Shown here piece by piece: positions 1 through 10,172 of a stretch of DNA of 64,000 nt (position 1 is the first letter of the stretch; each line of letters starts with the position of its first letter). The position numbers and the translations under genes are program-made. The notes beneath the pieces were generated by a model, which did no database searches, had not been told where the DNA came from, and was given only the letters and a program-made list of their open reading frames with translations. Source of the stretch: Candidatus Poribacteria bacterium. GTDB lineage: Bacteria; Poribacteria; WGA-4E; PCPOR2b. The DNA lies in NCBI GenBank assembly GCA_965198175.1, contig OZ240245.1:3936001-4000000 (forward strand). Reading direction: 5' to 3'.

Positions 1-763
1 CAGCGAAGGGAACCTGTATGCCGTCAACTACGCTCGTCAGGGCACGATTGGGAAAGTCACGCCGGAAGGCGAGTGCAGCGTATTTCTCGAATTGCCGAAC
101 GGCAGCATTGGAAACGGAATTCGATTCAATCGTGCGGGCTCCATGTTTATCGCCGACTATATCAACCACAATATCCTCAAGGTCGATATGGAAACGCGCG
201 AGATCAGCGTTCACGCCCATGCACTAACGATGAATCAACCGAACGACATTGCAATCCGCGCGAACGACATTATCTATGCGAGCGACCCTGATTGGTCCAA
301 CTCAACCGGACAGCTGTGGCGGATTGATCCGAACGGAACGGTTACTTGTCTTGAATGTGGTATGGGAACTACCAACGGAATCGAGGTTAGCGCTGATGAA
401 CGGCTGCTCTACGTCAATGAAAGTGACCAACGCAACATCTGGGCTTATGACCTTTCTCCAGAAGGCGAAATTAGTCGTAAACGTCCCCTTATCCAGTTCG
501 CGGATTTTGGAATGGACGGTATGCGCTGCGATGTTGAGGGCAATCTGTATGTGACGCGCTGGGGAAAAGGCACGGTTGCCAAAGTTTCGCCGCAAGGCGA
601 AGTGCTTTTGGAAATTGAGCTTGCGGGGAACAATTGTACCAATCTGGCTTTCGGCGGGCGCGATGGATGTCTTTGCTATGTCACCCTTGCCGATCTGGGA
701 AATATCGAGTATTTCCGTACCGACCTGCCGGGGAGGAGTTGGCAGCTCAGGACAAGGGACTAG
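1..763 (+). CDS. SMP-30/gluconolactonase/LRE family protein, 5'-truncated by window edge
   Basis: Frame is open from position 2 (SEGNLYAVNYARQGTIGKVTPEG...). Motifs NQPND, TNGI, MDGMRCDVEGNLYV, TNLAFGG. Confidence 0.85.
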   Translation, partial: SEGNLYAVNYARQGTIGKVTPEGECSVFLELPNGSIGNGIRFNRAGSMFIADYINHNILKVDMETREISVHAHALTMNQPNDIAIRANDIIYASDPDWSNSTGQLWRIDPNGTVTCLECGMGTTNGIEVSADERLLYVNESDQRNIWAYDLSPEGEISRKRPLIQFADFGMDGMRCDVEGNLYVTRWGKGTVAKVSPQGEVLLEIELAGNNCTNLAFGGRDGCLCYVTLADLGNIEYFRTDLPGRSWQLRTRD

Positions 764-792
764 ACAGTCGTTGTATTGGTCGACGCAAAATA

Positions 793-2019
793 ATGCAAGC
801 CATTCAGTACAAGAAAAGTGTGCCGCGCTATTTGATTGCGCGACTTTTGGGAAAGCGGTGGAACTGGCTTTACACTTCATGGTTGTCGTGTGCTCGTTTG
901 GTCGATATTGATGATCCCCCACTTCCCTCGCCCGATTGGGTGAAAGTCAAAACGCGCCTCAGTGGGATCTGCGGGTCGGATGTCGCCACCATCACAGCCA
1001 AAGGGAGTCCGTATTTTTCACCCTTTACTTCTTGCCCGTTCGTGTTTGGCCATGAAGTCGTCGGAGAAGTAGCAGGGATTGGGCCGCATGTTGAAGGCTA
1101 TGCCATCGGCGATCGCGTCGTCATTGAACCGGTTTTGTCGTGCGAGATTAGGGGCATCAAACCAAAATGTCATCAATGCCAACGAGGGCATTATGCTGGT
1201 TGTGAGAACATTACGCGAGGCGATATTTCTGCAGGGGTACAAACGGGGTACTGCCGGGACACCGGCGGCGGGTGGAGTAAGTATTTTGTAGCACACAAGA
1301 ATCAGATATTTCGCGTGCCGGATGAAGTCCCTGACGAAATCGCCGTGCTGATCGAACCGTTTTCGTGCGCGTTACACGGGGTACTGCAAGCCAATGTGAA
1401 AGACACCGATGAAATCCTGATTCTCGGCGCGGGAACGATTGGATTGCTCACGCTCGCGGCGATTCGACAACTCGCAAAGCCGAGCCGAATTTTTATCGTT
1501 GGGAAGCATCAACATCAGCGGAGACTCGCTCGTGAACTCGGCGCGGATGACGTGCTTTCACCTGGGAGTGAGATATACGAAGACTTTTGTCAATTGACTC
1601 AGGCTGAAAGTTATCAACCTGAGCTCGGGAAACCGGTCATACTTGGCGGCGTTGACCTTACCTTCGATTGTGTGGCATCCGCAGGGACAATTGACGATGC
1701 TCTCCGCTTGACACGTGCGGGTGGGCGAGTGATGCTTGTCGGCATGCCCGCCATTCCGAAAAACATCGATTGGACAGCGCTCTGGCACAAGGAACTGAGG
1801 GTTCGAGGTGTTTACGCTTACGGTCTGGAATACTACGGTTGCGAACAGATTCGTACCTTTGCGCTAGGGATTCGACTTCTGCAACAGATGGGAAGCGACC
1901 TATTACCGTTAGTCGGGGGGCGATTTTCGTTAAAGGATTATCGGCAAGCCATTCAAACTGCGCTGCACACCGGGAAATTCGGTTCCGTGAAAACCGTCTT
2001 CGATTTACGTTCATCGTGA
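793..2019 (+). CDS. Zn-dependent alcohol dehydrogenase (MDR family)
   Basis: GICGSD, GHEVVG, structural-Zn cysteines (C..CxxC..C), GAGTIG NAD motif. Start set at ATG 793 (MQAIQYKK), after the upstream gene stop. Confidence 0.88.
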   Translation: MQAIQYKKSVPRYLIARLLGKRWNWLYTSWLSCARLVDIDDPPLPSPDWVKVKTRLSGICGSDVATITAKGSPYFSPFTSCPFVFGHEVVGEVAGIGPHVEGYAIGDRVVIEPVLSCEIRGIKPKCHQCQRGHYAGCENITRGDISAGVQTGYCRDTGGGWSKYFVAHKNQIFRVPDEVPDEIAVLIEPFSCALHGVLQANVKDTDEILILGAGTIGLLTLAAIRQLAKPSRIFIVGKHQHQRRLARELGADDVLSPGSEIYEDFCQLTQAESYQPELGKPVILGGVDLTFDCVASAGTIDDALRLTRAGGRVMLVGMPAIPKNIDWTALWHKELRVRGVYAYGLEYYGCEQIRTFALGIRLLQQMGSDLLPLVGGRFSLKDYRQAIQTALHTGKFGSVKTVFDLRSS

Positions 2020-2068
2020 ACAGTTGAATCCTTCATAACTGTGAATTGAGGATTAAAGGAAAAAATAT

Positions 2069-3667
2069 ATGGGGAACGATAACGACAGAGGCGACCTTAT
2101 TACTTACGTCGAGGATTCCAACCAAAAGTATCTGTTCCACTATGGGGATGGTTTCCTCTATGATCGCCTTCCCAAAGGGACTCGCGTAATCTATCCGCCG
2201 ACTCCGCTAACACCGATTGCGGATGACACAACCGCTATAAAACACGCGATCGAAAATCCGTTGGGTGCAGCGCCGCTTTCAGCCCAACTCCGCCCCGGCA
2301 TGAAGGTAACGATTGCGTTCGACGATCTCTCGCTGCCGCTGCCGCCGATGAAAACGCCGGATGTACGCCAACGAATTATCGAAATTGTCCTCAGAGAACT
2401 CGCTGACGCGGGAATTGATGATATTCATCTGATAGCGGCGTTGGGGCTCCACCGGCGTATGACACCCGCTGAACTCAAACGGTGCGTCGGCGCAAAGACT
2501 TTTAATCGGTTCTATCCGGATGGATTGTATAATCACGATGCCGAAGACAAAGAAAATCTCTCTTTTCTCGGAAAAACTGAAATGGGAGAAGAGGTCGAAA
2601 TCAATCGCCGAATTGCGGAATCAGATCTGTTAATCTATGTAAATATCAACCTCGTCGCGATGGATGGCGGGTACAAATCACTGCCGACCGGCATATGTAG
2701 TTATCGAAGCATTCGTCATCACCACAACACGCATACTCTGATGCGCTCTTTGTCGTATATGCACCCGCCAAAGTCCGCACTGCATCACTCCTGTCAGCGG
2801 ATTTGGAAAGTGATAACGGAACATATTAACTTTTTTACGATAGAAACCACCCTCAACAACGCCACGTTCCCGAAATTGTTCCCTTACCTTGAAAAGCGCG
2901 AGAAAGACTTAAATCTCCTTGATCGGCTCAATTTCCATATCAACAAAACCAGCCTTGATATTATGCCGAACGCCATGGCTCGTGCCGTGATGCAGAGCAT
3001 GCGCGCCCCTTACGGATTAACGGGCGTGCACGCGGGACACACAGAACCGGTTCATGAGAAGACTCTTGAAAATGTTTACAAACAGCAGTTGGTCACTGTC
3101 AATGGTCAGGCAGATATTATAATCACAGGCGTTCCGTATGTGGGGCCTTACAACGTGAATTCGATTATGAACCCAATTCTAGTCATGTGTATGACGCTGG
3201 GGTACGCCTTTAATTTTTATCACAACCTGCCCTTGGTACGACAAGGGGGCGTGGCAATTTTCACTCACCCCGTTGATTACAAATTTCACAAAGTCCATCA
3301 CCCGTCATACATTGACTTTTTCGAACAAGTCCTTACGGAAACAACCGACCCAGTCGAAATCGAAAAGAAGTACGAAGAGTCGTTCGCCCATAACCCTAGA
3401 TACATCGAACTCTATCGAAACTCCTATGCTTATCACGGTGTACATCCCTTTTACATGTGGTATTGGGGCTGCTATGCGCTTGATTATCTTGGAAAAGTGA
3501 TTTTCGTCAAACCGAGGAGTGTCGAAGCGGTACGTCGCATGGGTTTTGACTACGCGAAGAACCTCACTGAAGCGATTGAGATGGCGCAGAGTTTCGTAGG
3601 GGGATCATCGCCGGAGATTACCTACTATCACTATCCACCGATTTTTATGTGCGATGTGTCAGTGTAG
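2069..3667 (+). CDS. Lactate racemase (LarA/DUF2088)-domain protein, long subfamily
   Basis: AFDDLS, LGLHRRMT, YNHD and DGGYKS motifs of the LarA N-terminal domain; 532 aa. Confidence 0.75.
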   Translation: MGNDNDRGDLITYVEDSNQKYLFHYGDGFLYDRLPKGTRVIYPPTPLTPIADDTTAIKHAIENPLGAAPLSAQLRPGMKVTIAFDDLSLPLPPMKTPDVRQRIIEIVLRELADAGIDDIHLIAALGLHRRMTPAELKRCVGAKTFNRFYPDGLYNHDAEDKENLSFLGKTEMGEEVEINRRIAESDLLIYVNINLVAMDGGYKSLPTGICSYRSIRHHHNTHTLMRSLSYMHPPKSALHHSCQRIWKVITEHINFFTIETTLNNATFPKLFPYLEKREKDLNLLDRLNFHINKTSLDIMPNAMARAVMQSMRAPYGLTGVHAGHTEPVHEKTLENVYKQQLVTVNGQADIIITGVPYVGPYNVNSIMNPILVMCMTLGYAFNFYHNLPLVRQGGVAIFTHPVDYKFHKVHHPSYIDFFEQVLTETTDPVEIEKKYEESFAHNPRYIELYRNSYAYHGVHPFYMWYWGCYALDYLGKVIFVKPRSVEAVRRMGFDYAKNLTEAIEMAQSFVGGSSPEITYYHYPPIFMCDVSV

Positions 3668-3708
3668 CAGAGAATGCGCAAATCAAACAATGAGGAGGAA
3701 CGACCACG

Positions 3709-6700
3709 ATGTCTACGACAAAAATAATACGCATTAGCGTCCACATTTTCTTGCTGTCCACGCTTTTTCCACTTCACCTCTTTACTGCGTCTGCACAGGC
3801 GCCCAGTCCTTCGGACATCATTGAGACAGCGATACGTCACCAAAACCTCGGGCTCGCTTACCTCGAAGAGTCTCGACCGAGCAAGGCGATTTCGGAATTT
3901 GAGGCACTGGTGGATATCATCTCGGACGAGCCTATTGGGTACGGCAATCTCGCGGTAGCGTATCTTCGTCGCCAAAAAAGCGAAGAGGCCGAAGCTTGGG
4001 TAAAACAGGGGCTTGAAGTCGCGCCGATGGATAGCCAGTTGCATTTTATCCTCGCAGAGGTCTATCAATGGCAGGACAAGCCGGAAGAAATGGTCGCAGA
4101 AATTCAGGAAGCTGTAAAACTCGCGCCCGACGATTTGGAGATGCGATATAGGCTAGTGCGCCACTATTTGGGTCAACGTAATGACCCTGAGGCGATTGAA
4201 CGGGCAATTACGCACCTGCGGACACTGCGCGAGGACACCCCAACAAATGTCGTCGTGCTACTCCAGTTGGCGCAATCGCTTCTGCAACGCGAGCATATTG
4301 AAGAAGCGAAGCAGATTTGTATGGAATTACATGCGCTGTTGTGGGATGTCGATGAAAAGTTCCTGAAGTTCTTAAAACAGGGACTGCTTCTGCTTAACCA
4401 AGGTGATATAAAGGGGGCATCTCGAAATATTCGGATTTTCAATAACGTCCAAAGAAACACGCCTCGCTACCAGCAAGGAATCGGGGAGCTTGTAACTGAC
4501 ATTATTGGGCACCCCATTGAAGAATTTAGCCCCGGTTTCAAATCCCGTGTGGTAGCAAAACTAAGCCCACCAATTGAAATGCGCTATGTCGATGTTACGG
4601 AGGAACTTGGACTAAGCAGTTTGGCGGGAAAGAAAACAAAGATTATTTTGTCGGACTCGGACAACGATGGCGATTTGGACCTGTACACGCTTTTTGCTAG
4701 AAACAGCGAGGAATCCGTTCGCGGTTTTTTCCAGAACGAAGACGGGGTGTTTGTATCTCGCCTACCGGGGGAATACGGAGATGCCGCAGCCTTTGTCGAC
4801 ATTGACAAGGACAGTGACCAAGATTTATACGTCCTAGTGAAGAAACAGGAGAAGCTGCGTAAGAATGTAGGCGAAGGGTTTGAGCTTCAATCACAACCCA
4901 GAGTTGGCGCCGAGGTACTCTTTGTCGATTATGATCACGACGGCGACCTCGATAAGATGATAGTCAGCGATATTGAAACTAGCGCGCATCGGAACAATGG
5001 CGACGGTTCATTCACCGATGTGACGCATCAGACATTTCTGCCCTCTGATCCGCAGGGTGGTCTTGACGCCGCCTTCGGCGATTTTGATGATGATGGCGAT
5101 GTCGACTTATTCATCGTGAATGGTGGGAGCGGGTGCACCCTTTACACCAATTTGCGTCAGGGAAAGATGCGGGCGGTAACCGATGAACTAGGCATTTCGC
5201 AGGATGTGTTCTTCACGACGGTTACAGTCGGCGATTACGAAAATGACGGCGATCTCGATCTCTTTTTGGGGACAGGCGGCGATACGCCTCATCAGCTCTA
5301 TCGCAACCGGGGGGACGCCACGTTTGTTCACGATAACCGTTCACAGGCGGGAATAGCAGCGACAAATGGCGTTAGAGGTTGGGATGCTCATTTCCTCGAT
5401 TATGATAACGACGGTTTTTTGGATCTTTGGGTAATCGGGAAACGACTAGACGGAATTGGTAGGGGTGTTTTGCTCTTTCGGAATGACGGGACCGCGCGAT
5501 TTACCGATACTTCGGGATTGCTTCCGGACGGTATCACCGCCGGTACTGATGGCGCGGTCGGCGACTACGATAACGATGGTGCTCTTGATCTATTTATGAT
5601 TAACGATGAGGGTCAGGTTTTCGCGTTACGAAACGACGGAGGGAACAAGAACGGATGGTTGCAAGTGCGGTTAGAAGGGGTTACTGCGGGCAATAACAAG
5701 GTCAACATCGACGGTATCGCATCCAGAGTTGAACTCAAGGCTGGCGATCTTTACCAGATGAGAAATGTCATCGAACCTATTACCCATTTCGGACTGGGAC
5801 CTGCAGAGCAGGGGGATGTGTTGAGGGTGGTCTGGACGAACGGCGTTCCCCAGAATCTTATCCTGCCCAAGACGAATCAGCGCATCGTTGAAAAACAGAT
5901 TTTGAAGGGCTGTTGCCCGTTCTTGTACGTCTACGATGGCGAGAACTATCAATTTCTGACAGATCTCTTGTGGCGCAGCCCGCTTGGGATGGCTACGCCG
6001 ATGGGGTTCCTCGCGGCAGCTGAAACTGCCGATTATGTCAAAATCTCGGGCGATCTCATGAAACCCAAATCTGGCGTTTATTCACTGCAAGTTACAGAGG
6101 AACTCTGGGAAACCGCCTATGTTGATGAGGTTAAGCTGTTTGTGGTGGACCACCCCGCGGGAACGCAGATTTTCGTTGATGAGAAATACAGCCCACCACC
6201 GATTCCTGAATTCAAGATCTTTGTAACACAGGAGATTCACCGACCGCACGCCGCATTCGATTCCCACGGAAACGATGTTTCCGATGCACTCATGGAATTC
6301 GACTATCGATATGCCGTCGAACATGAGCCCGGTAAGTTTCAAGGGGTCGTTGAGCCGCATTCTGTCATTCTCGACCTTGGCGATGTGCCCAACGACCAAC
6401 CGGTTATGCTGTTTCTCACCGGTTGGATTTTCCCTACAGACACGAGTATCAACGTTTCGCTCTCCCAAAATCCGTCGCTCAGCCCGAGATTCCCACACCT
6501 ACAAGTGCGAAACAGTAGGGGCAACTGGCAAACGGTCATTGACGTGATTGGAATACCAGCGGGGAAGAACAAAACAATCGTCGTAGATTTAACGGGCAAA
6601 TTCCTTTCTGCGGATCGGCGGGTGAAAATTTCAACAGATATGCAGATATATTGGGATTCGGCGTTTTTCACAATCGGCAAACCTGACGTACCCATGCAGA

Positions 6701-7179
6701 TAACAGAATTACCTCCCCATAGCGCAGATCTTCACTATCGCGGCTTCTCTGAGATGTATCGCCCAACACCCCATGCGCCACACCTGTTCAATTATGAAAA
6801 AGTCCTCAAGGATGCACAGTGGCGGGACCTTGCGGGGAATTATACCCGCTACGGGGATGTCACGCCGCTGCTGCAGCACATAGATGATATGTATGTCATT
6901 TTGAATGCGGGCGACGAAATGACCGTTGAGTTTGACGCGGCGAAGTTACCGCCATTGAAAGATGGGTGGGTGCGAGATTTTATTCTGTACAGCGATGGTT
7001 GGGATAAGGATGGCGACATCAATACGCTCTTTTCGCAGACCGTCGATCCGTTGCCATTTCACGACATGTCCGCCTATCCATATCGTGAAGGTGAGAATTA
7101 CCCCAACGATTTAGAGCATCTACGGTATCAACTGGAATACAACACACGGCGGGTACGACATGAGCTGCCGCGCTTTTAG
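3709..7179 (+). CDS. Secreted TPR + FG-GAP/VCBS repeat + ASPIC/UnbV (CRTAC1-like) protein
   Basis: Signal peptide, N-terminal TPR helices, repeated DxDxDGDLD motifs, 'HFGLG...VVWTNG' UnbV motif, C-terminal 'CCPFLY' module. Confidence 0.82.
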   Translation: MSTTKIIRISVHIFLLSTLFPLHLFTASAQAPSPSDIIETAIRHQNLGLAYLEESRPSKAISEFEALVDIISDEPIGYGNLAVAYLRRQKSEEAEAWVKQGLEVAPMDSQLHFILAEVYQWQDKPEEMVAEIQEAVKLAPDDLEMRYRLVRHYLGQRNDPEAIERAITHLRTLREDTPTNVVVLLQLAQSLLQREHIEEAKQICMELHALLWDVDEKFLKFLKQGLLLLNQGDIKGASRNIRIFNNVQRNTPRYQQGIGELVTDIIGHPIEEFSPGFKSRVVAKLSPPIEMRYVDVTEELGLSSLAGKKTKIILSDSDNDGDLDLYTLFARNSEESVRGFFQNEDGVFVSRLPGEYGDAAAFVDIDKDSDQDLYVLVKKQEKLRKNVGEGFELQSQPRVGAEVLFVDYDHDGDLDKMIVSDIETSAHRNNGDGSFTDVTHQTFLPSDPQGGLDAAFGDFDDDGDVDLFIVNGGSGCTLYTNLRQGKMRAVTDELGISQDVFFTTVTVGDYENDGDLDLFLGTGGDTPHQLYRNRGDATFVHDNRSQAGIAATNGVRGWDAHFLDYDNDGFLDLWVIGKRLDGIGRGVLLFRNDGTARFTDTSGLLPDGITAGTDGAVGDYDNDGALDLFMINDEGQVFALRNDGGNKNGWLQVRLEGVTAGNNKVNIDGIASRVELKAGDLYQMRNVIEPITHFGLGPAEQGDVLRVVWTNGVPQNLILPKTNQRIVEKQILKGCCPFLYVYDGENYQFLTDLLWRSPLGMATPMGFLAAAETADYVKISGDLMKPKSGVYSLQVTEELWETAYVDEVKLFVVDHPAGTQIFVDEKYSPPPIPEFKIFVTQEIHRPHAAFDSHGNDVSDALMEFDYRYAVEHEPGKFQGVVEPHSVILDLGDVPNDQPVMLFLTGWIFPTDTSINVSLSQNPSLSPRFPHLQVRNSRGNWQTVIDVIGIPAGKNKTIVVDLTGKFLSADRRVKISTDMQIYWDSAFFTIGKPDVPMQITELPPHSADLHYRGFSEMYRPTPHAPHLFNYEKVLKDAQWRDLAGNYTRYGDVTPLLQHIDDMYVILNAGDEMTVEFDAAKLPPLKDGWVRDFILYSDGWDKDGDINTLFSQTVDPLPFHDMSAYPYREGENYPNDLEHLRYQLEYNTRRVRHELPRF

Positions 7180-7313
7180 TTTGATCTGTACGGCGATTGA
7201 TGTCAGCGAATCTGGCACTGAAGCCTCTTTTAGCACTGTGATGCAAAGGTGAAGAGTTCCTAGATTTTGTGGAAAATTGTATGAGATGAATGTTATAATC
7301 AACGGAGAAGGCA

Positions 7314-8342
7314 ATGACTGAGAGAGTAACTGAGGTTCGTACTGGTTGGTGTTGGTCGGTTGCAACTCTAGCGTTAATAGTATTTCTGTTGGTTGGTGCC
7401 GGAGGTATTACTGTTCATGAGGTTTCCGATGATGACGACGTTGACAATCGCAAACTAATTTTGGTGTCACCGCCGGCAAAACGAGTAACAGAACCACTTT
7501 CCTTAAGCCATCGTATCTCTGTTCCAGATTTTAAGCTACACCCGGGCGGTATTCTGGAGTGGTCAAATAATTTGCGGCTGGGTTATGGCGGCGTAGGACC
7601 TGGCGCTGCGCCCATCGGAGATTTAATTCGGGCACAGAGGGGCGGCAACATTACTCTTGAGCCGCAGGGCGATTACATGCGATGCGCCATCGACCTGCTT
7701 CCGACAGCGGGCAAACTTCCCGATTTGGACGCTATTGGAGAACTAACAATCCATCGCATTCACCCTACAGCGACCGATCACGAGATGATTAGTTACAGCG
7801 GGTTGGGCACTAAGAACGGAGTGTATGGAATAATTGTTGAGGCTCACGGACAAGGCAAGCTGCGACCACTAGTGTTCATGACGGTGCAAGGGGGATTGAA
7901 CAAGGGCGAGGAAAATTTCACGGCAGAAGCCATGCGAATGAATGAAGACGGCACCATCGCGCTCGGGGTTACCCGAATTGGTGGCAAGCTGAAGCGACCA
8001 ATCGACAGCCTAACCATCCATCAGCCCGATCCAGAAAAGATGGGCGCCTACGATTCTGATTACCTCAGATGGATTGGGAAGACACACGACGGAGAGATAG
8101 CTCATCAGGTCAACTGGCGAATAAACGTAGATGTAAAAAACAAGAACGGGGATTCAAACCTTGTAGTGGAGAGCGGATTTGATGGTGCAAATTACAGAAA
8201 GAGAGTAGAGATTACTGACAGTGGAGACGTGGAGTTTTCGTCCGTCGGAAGCGGCGTAATCTTACGTTCCCCCAATGGCAAACGTTGGAAAATGACCGTT
8301 GAAAACGATGGCAGCTTACGTACAGACCCAATGGGGCACTAG
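7314..8342 (+). CDS. Hypothetical exported/membrane-anchored beta-rich protein
   Basis: 342-aa ORF with upstream GGAG, an N-terminal hydrophobic segment and C-terminal GVILRSPNGKRWKMTVENDGSL. Confidence 0.6.
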   Translation: MTERVTEVRTGWCWSVATLALIVFLLVGAGGITVHEVSDDDDVDNRKLILVSPPAKRVTEPLSLSHRISVPDFKLHPGGILEWSNNLRLGYGGVGPGAAPIGDLIRAQRGGNITLEPQGDYMRCAIDLLPTAGKLPDLDAIGELTIHRIHPTATDHEMISYSGLGTKNGVYGIIVEAHGQGKLRPLVFMTVQGGLNKGEENFTAEAMRMNEDGTIALGVTRIGGKLKRPIDSLTIHQPDPEKMGAYDSDYLRWIGKTHDGEIAHQVNWRINVDVKNKNGDSNLVVESGFDGANYRKRVEITDSGDVEFSSVGSGVILRSPNGKRWKMTVENDGSLRTDPMGH

Positions 8343-8470
8343 CCGCATTTTCCGCCTTACCAGTTCTTATTTGTCAGCATCAGCATTTGGTTCAGATGTT
8401 CGAGAACATCTTACCGATGATGCCTATAAACATACAAGTTATCAAATAGACCAACTAGGAGAGCAAAGTT

Positions 8471-9541
8471 ATGTCTGAGATACGTACTGCGATTGTCGGC
8501 GTGGGGAACTGCGCTTCCTCACTGATTCAGGGGATTCAATATTATCGGGATGCAACGGAGGCTGAATTCGTCCCCGGTCTCATGCATGTGAGGCTGGGCG
8601 ATTACCATATCAGTGACATTAACGTGGTGGCAGCCTTTGACGTTGATAGTAACAAAGTAGGACGCGATGTCGCTGACGCCATTTTCGTTGAACCCAACAA
8701 CACAATCAAATTCTCGGATGTGCCCACAACGGGCGTTAGTGTCCAACGCGGACGCACAATGGACGGGTTCGCAAAATACTACCGTGAGACTGTCGAAGAG
8801 TCAACCGCCGAAGAGGTTGATGTCGTTTCCGTGCTGCGCGAAACGCAAACTGATATTCTTATTAACTATCTACCCGTGGGCAGCGAAGAGGCTACAAAGT
8901 GGTATGTGGCTCAAGCGCTGGACGCCGGGTGCGCCGTTGTGAACTGTATGCCCGTTTTTATTGCGAGAAACGACCAATGGCGGGCGAAGTTTGAAGCTGC
9001 TGGATTACCTATCGTTGGGGACGACATCAAGGCACAGTTCGGGGCGACAATTGTACATCGGGCTCTAGCAAAGCTGATGAGTGACCGCGGTTTGAAACTT
9101 GACCGGACCTCCCAGTTGAATGTTGGCGGCAATATGGACTTCAAGAACATGTTGGAGAAGGAGCGTTTGGAATCGAAGCGAATCTCCAAGACAAACGCGG
9201 TTGTTTCGCAATTGGACCATGACATCTCGCCGGACAACGTTCATATAGGGCCCAGCGACTACATTCCCTGGCTGTTAGATCGGAAATGGTGCTATCTCTA
9301 TCTGGAGGGCACAGAATTTGGGGACATTCCCGTCAGGGCTGAAGTTAAATTGGAGGTCTGGGATTCGCCAAACTCCGCAGGCATCGCCATCGACGCGATA
9401 CGCTGCTGCAAGATTGCTCAGGATCGCGGCATCGCCGGCGCGCTCTATGGTCCCAGCGCTTACTTCATGAAGTCACCACCGGTCCAATATGCTGACACCG
9501 AAGCGCGAGAGATGTTAGAAGCGTTTATAGCGGGCAGATAG
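8471..9541 (+). CDS. ino1: myo-inositol-1-phosphate synthase
   Basis: [58 protein letters not shown]. Confidence 0.95.
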   Translation: MSEIRTAIVGVGNCASSLIQGIQYYRDATEAEFVPGLMHVRLGDYHISDINVVAAFDVDSNKVGRDVADAIFVEPNNTIKFSDVPTTGVSVQRGRTMDGFAKYYRETVEESTAEEVDVVSVLRETQTDILINYLPVGSEEATKWYVAQALDAGCAVVNCMPVFIARNDQWRAKFEAAGLPIVGDDIKAQFGATIVHRALAKLMSDRGLKLDRTSQLNVGGNMDFKNMLEKERLESKRISKTNAVVSQLDHDISPDNVHIGPSDYIPWLLDRKWCYLYLEGTEFGDIPVRAEVKLEVWDSPNSAGIAIDAIRCCKIAQDRGIAGALYGPSAYFMKSPPVQYADTEAREMLEAFIAGR

Positions 9542-9567
9542 CTTTGGAAAGCGGTGTACGCAGTCTT

Positions 9568-9607
9568 CAATGGGGGATGCAGAGGGGTTTTCTGCTTTCC
9601 CATTTTT
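9568..9607 (+). terminator. Probable intrinsic terminator after ino1
   Basis: AATGGGGGATGCAGA...TCTGCTTTCCCATT hairpin followed by a T-run. Confidence 0.55.
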
Positions 9608-9737
9608 GTTTTACCGTCGGTGCGGAGCGCGTTGGGAAGCAGACTCAATCGCTCCGATACAACTGTTTTTCGCCGTACAGCATTACATTTGTGCTCTAAG
9701 AACTGGCAAGAGTTTTGTATCAAGTTAGGAGTAGAAC

Positions 9738-10088
9738 ATGCCTCGTTTCCGTGCAATTCATACTGTTGAATTAAAACAGAATGTGGATTCCGAAATCTTC
9801 GAAGATTTTATGTCACGTGAATATTTGCCTGCGACACGTTCCCTGCCTGGGTGTCTGCAGGTTGAATTTCTCAAAGGATACCAGGGGAACTTTGTGGGGG
9901 TCGCACCGTCAAAACATGACTATGCCTGGGTGACGCTTTGGGAGAGTGTGGAAGCAAACAACGCCATTTGGTCGAAGGAAGGTGCGCATCACACGCCAGA
10001 GGGAATATTGGAAGTGAATGCTAAGCTGTATCATTATGCTGCGAACTATTCTCTAGTTGGTGGGTTTACTGTTGAAGCATCGGTTTAA
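9738..10088 (+). CDS. Small hypothetical protein, probable dimeric alpha/beta barrel (ABM/Dabb-like)
   Basis: AGGAG RBS; 'LPGCLQVEFL' and 'WVTLWES' pattern typical of ABM-like folds. Confidence 0.55.
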   Translation: MPRFRAIHTVELKQNVDSEIFEDFMSREYLPATRSLPGCLQVEFLKGYQGNFVGVAPSKHDYAWVTLWESVEANNAIWSKEGAHHTPEGILEVNAKLYHYAANYSLVGGFTVEASV

Positions 10089-10172
10089 TTTGCAGAAAGG
10101 AAAGTGATTGCTTCTTGAAAACGCTGTTCCGATACGATTGGCGTTTCCGGATTGCAATTCACGGGTCACGTC

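Noticed and set aside
634..792. N-terminal extension of the dehydrogenase ORF (similar extensions on ATP-grasp, DUF58, MNT and acetamidase ORFs)
   Set aside because: The extensions overlap upstream genes or repeats and precede better starts, most with an RBS.
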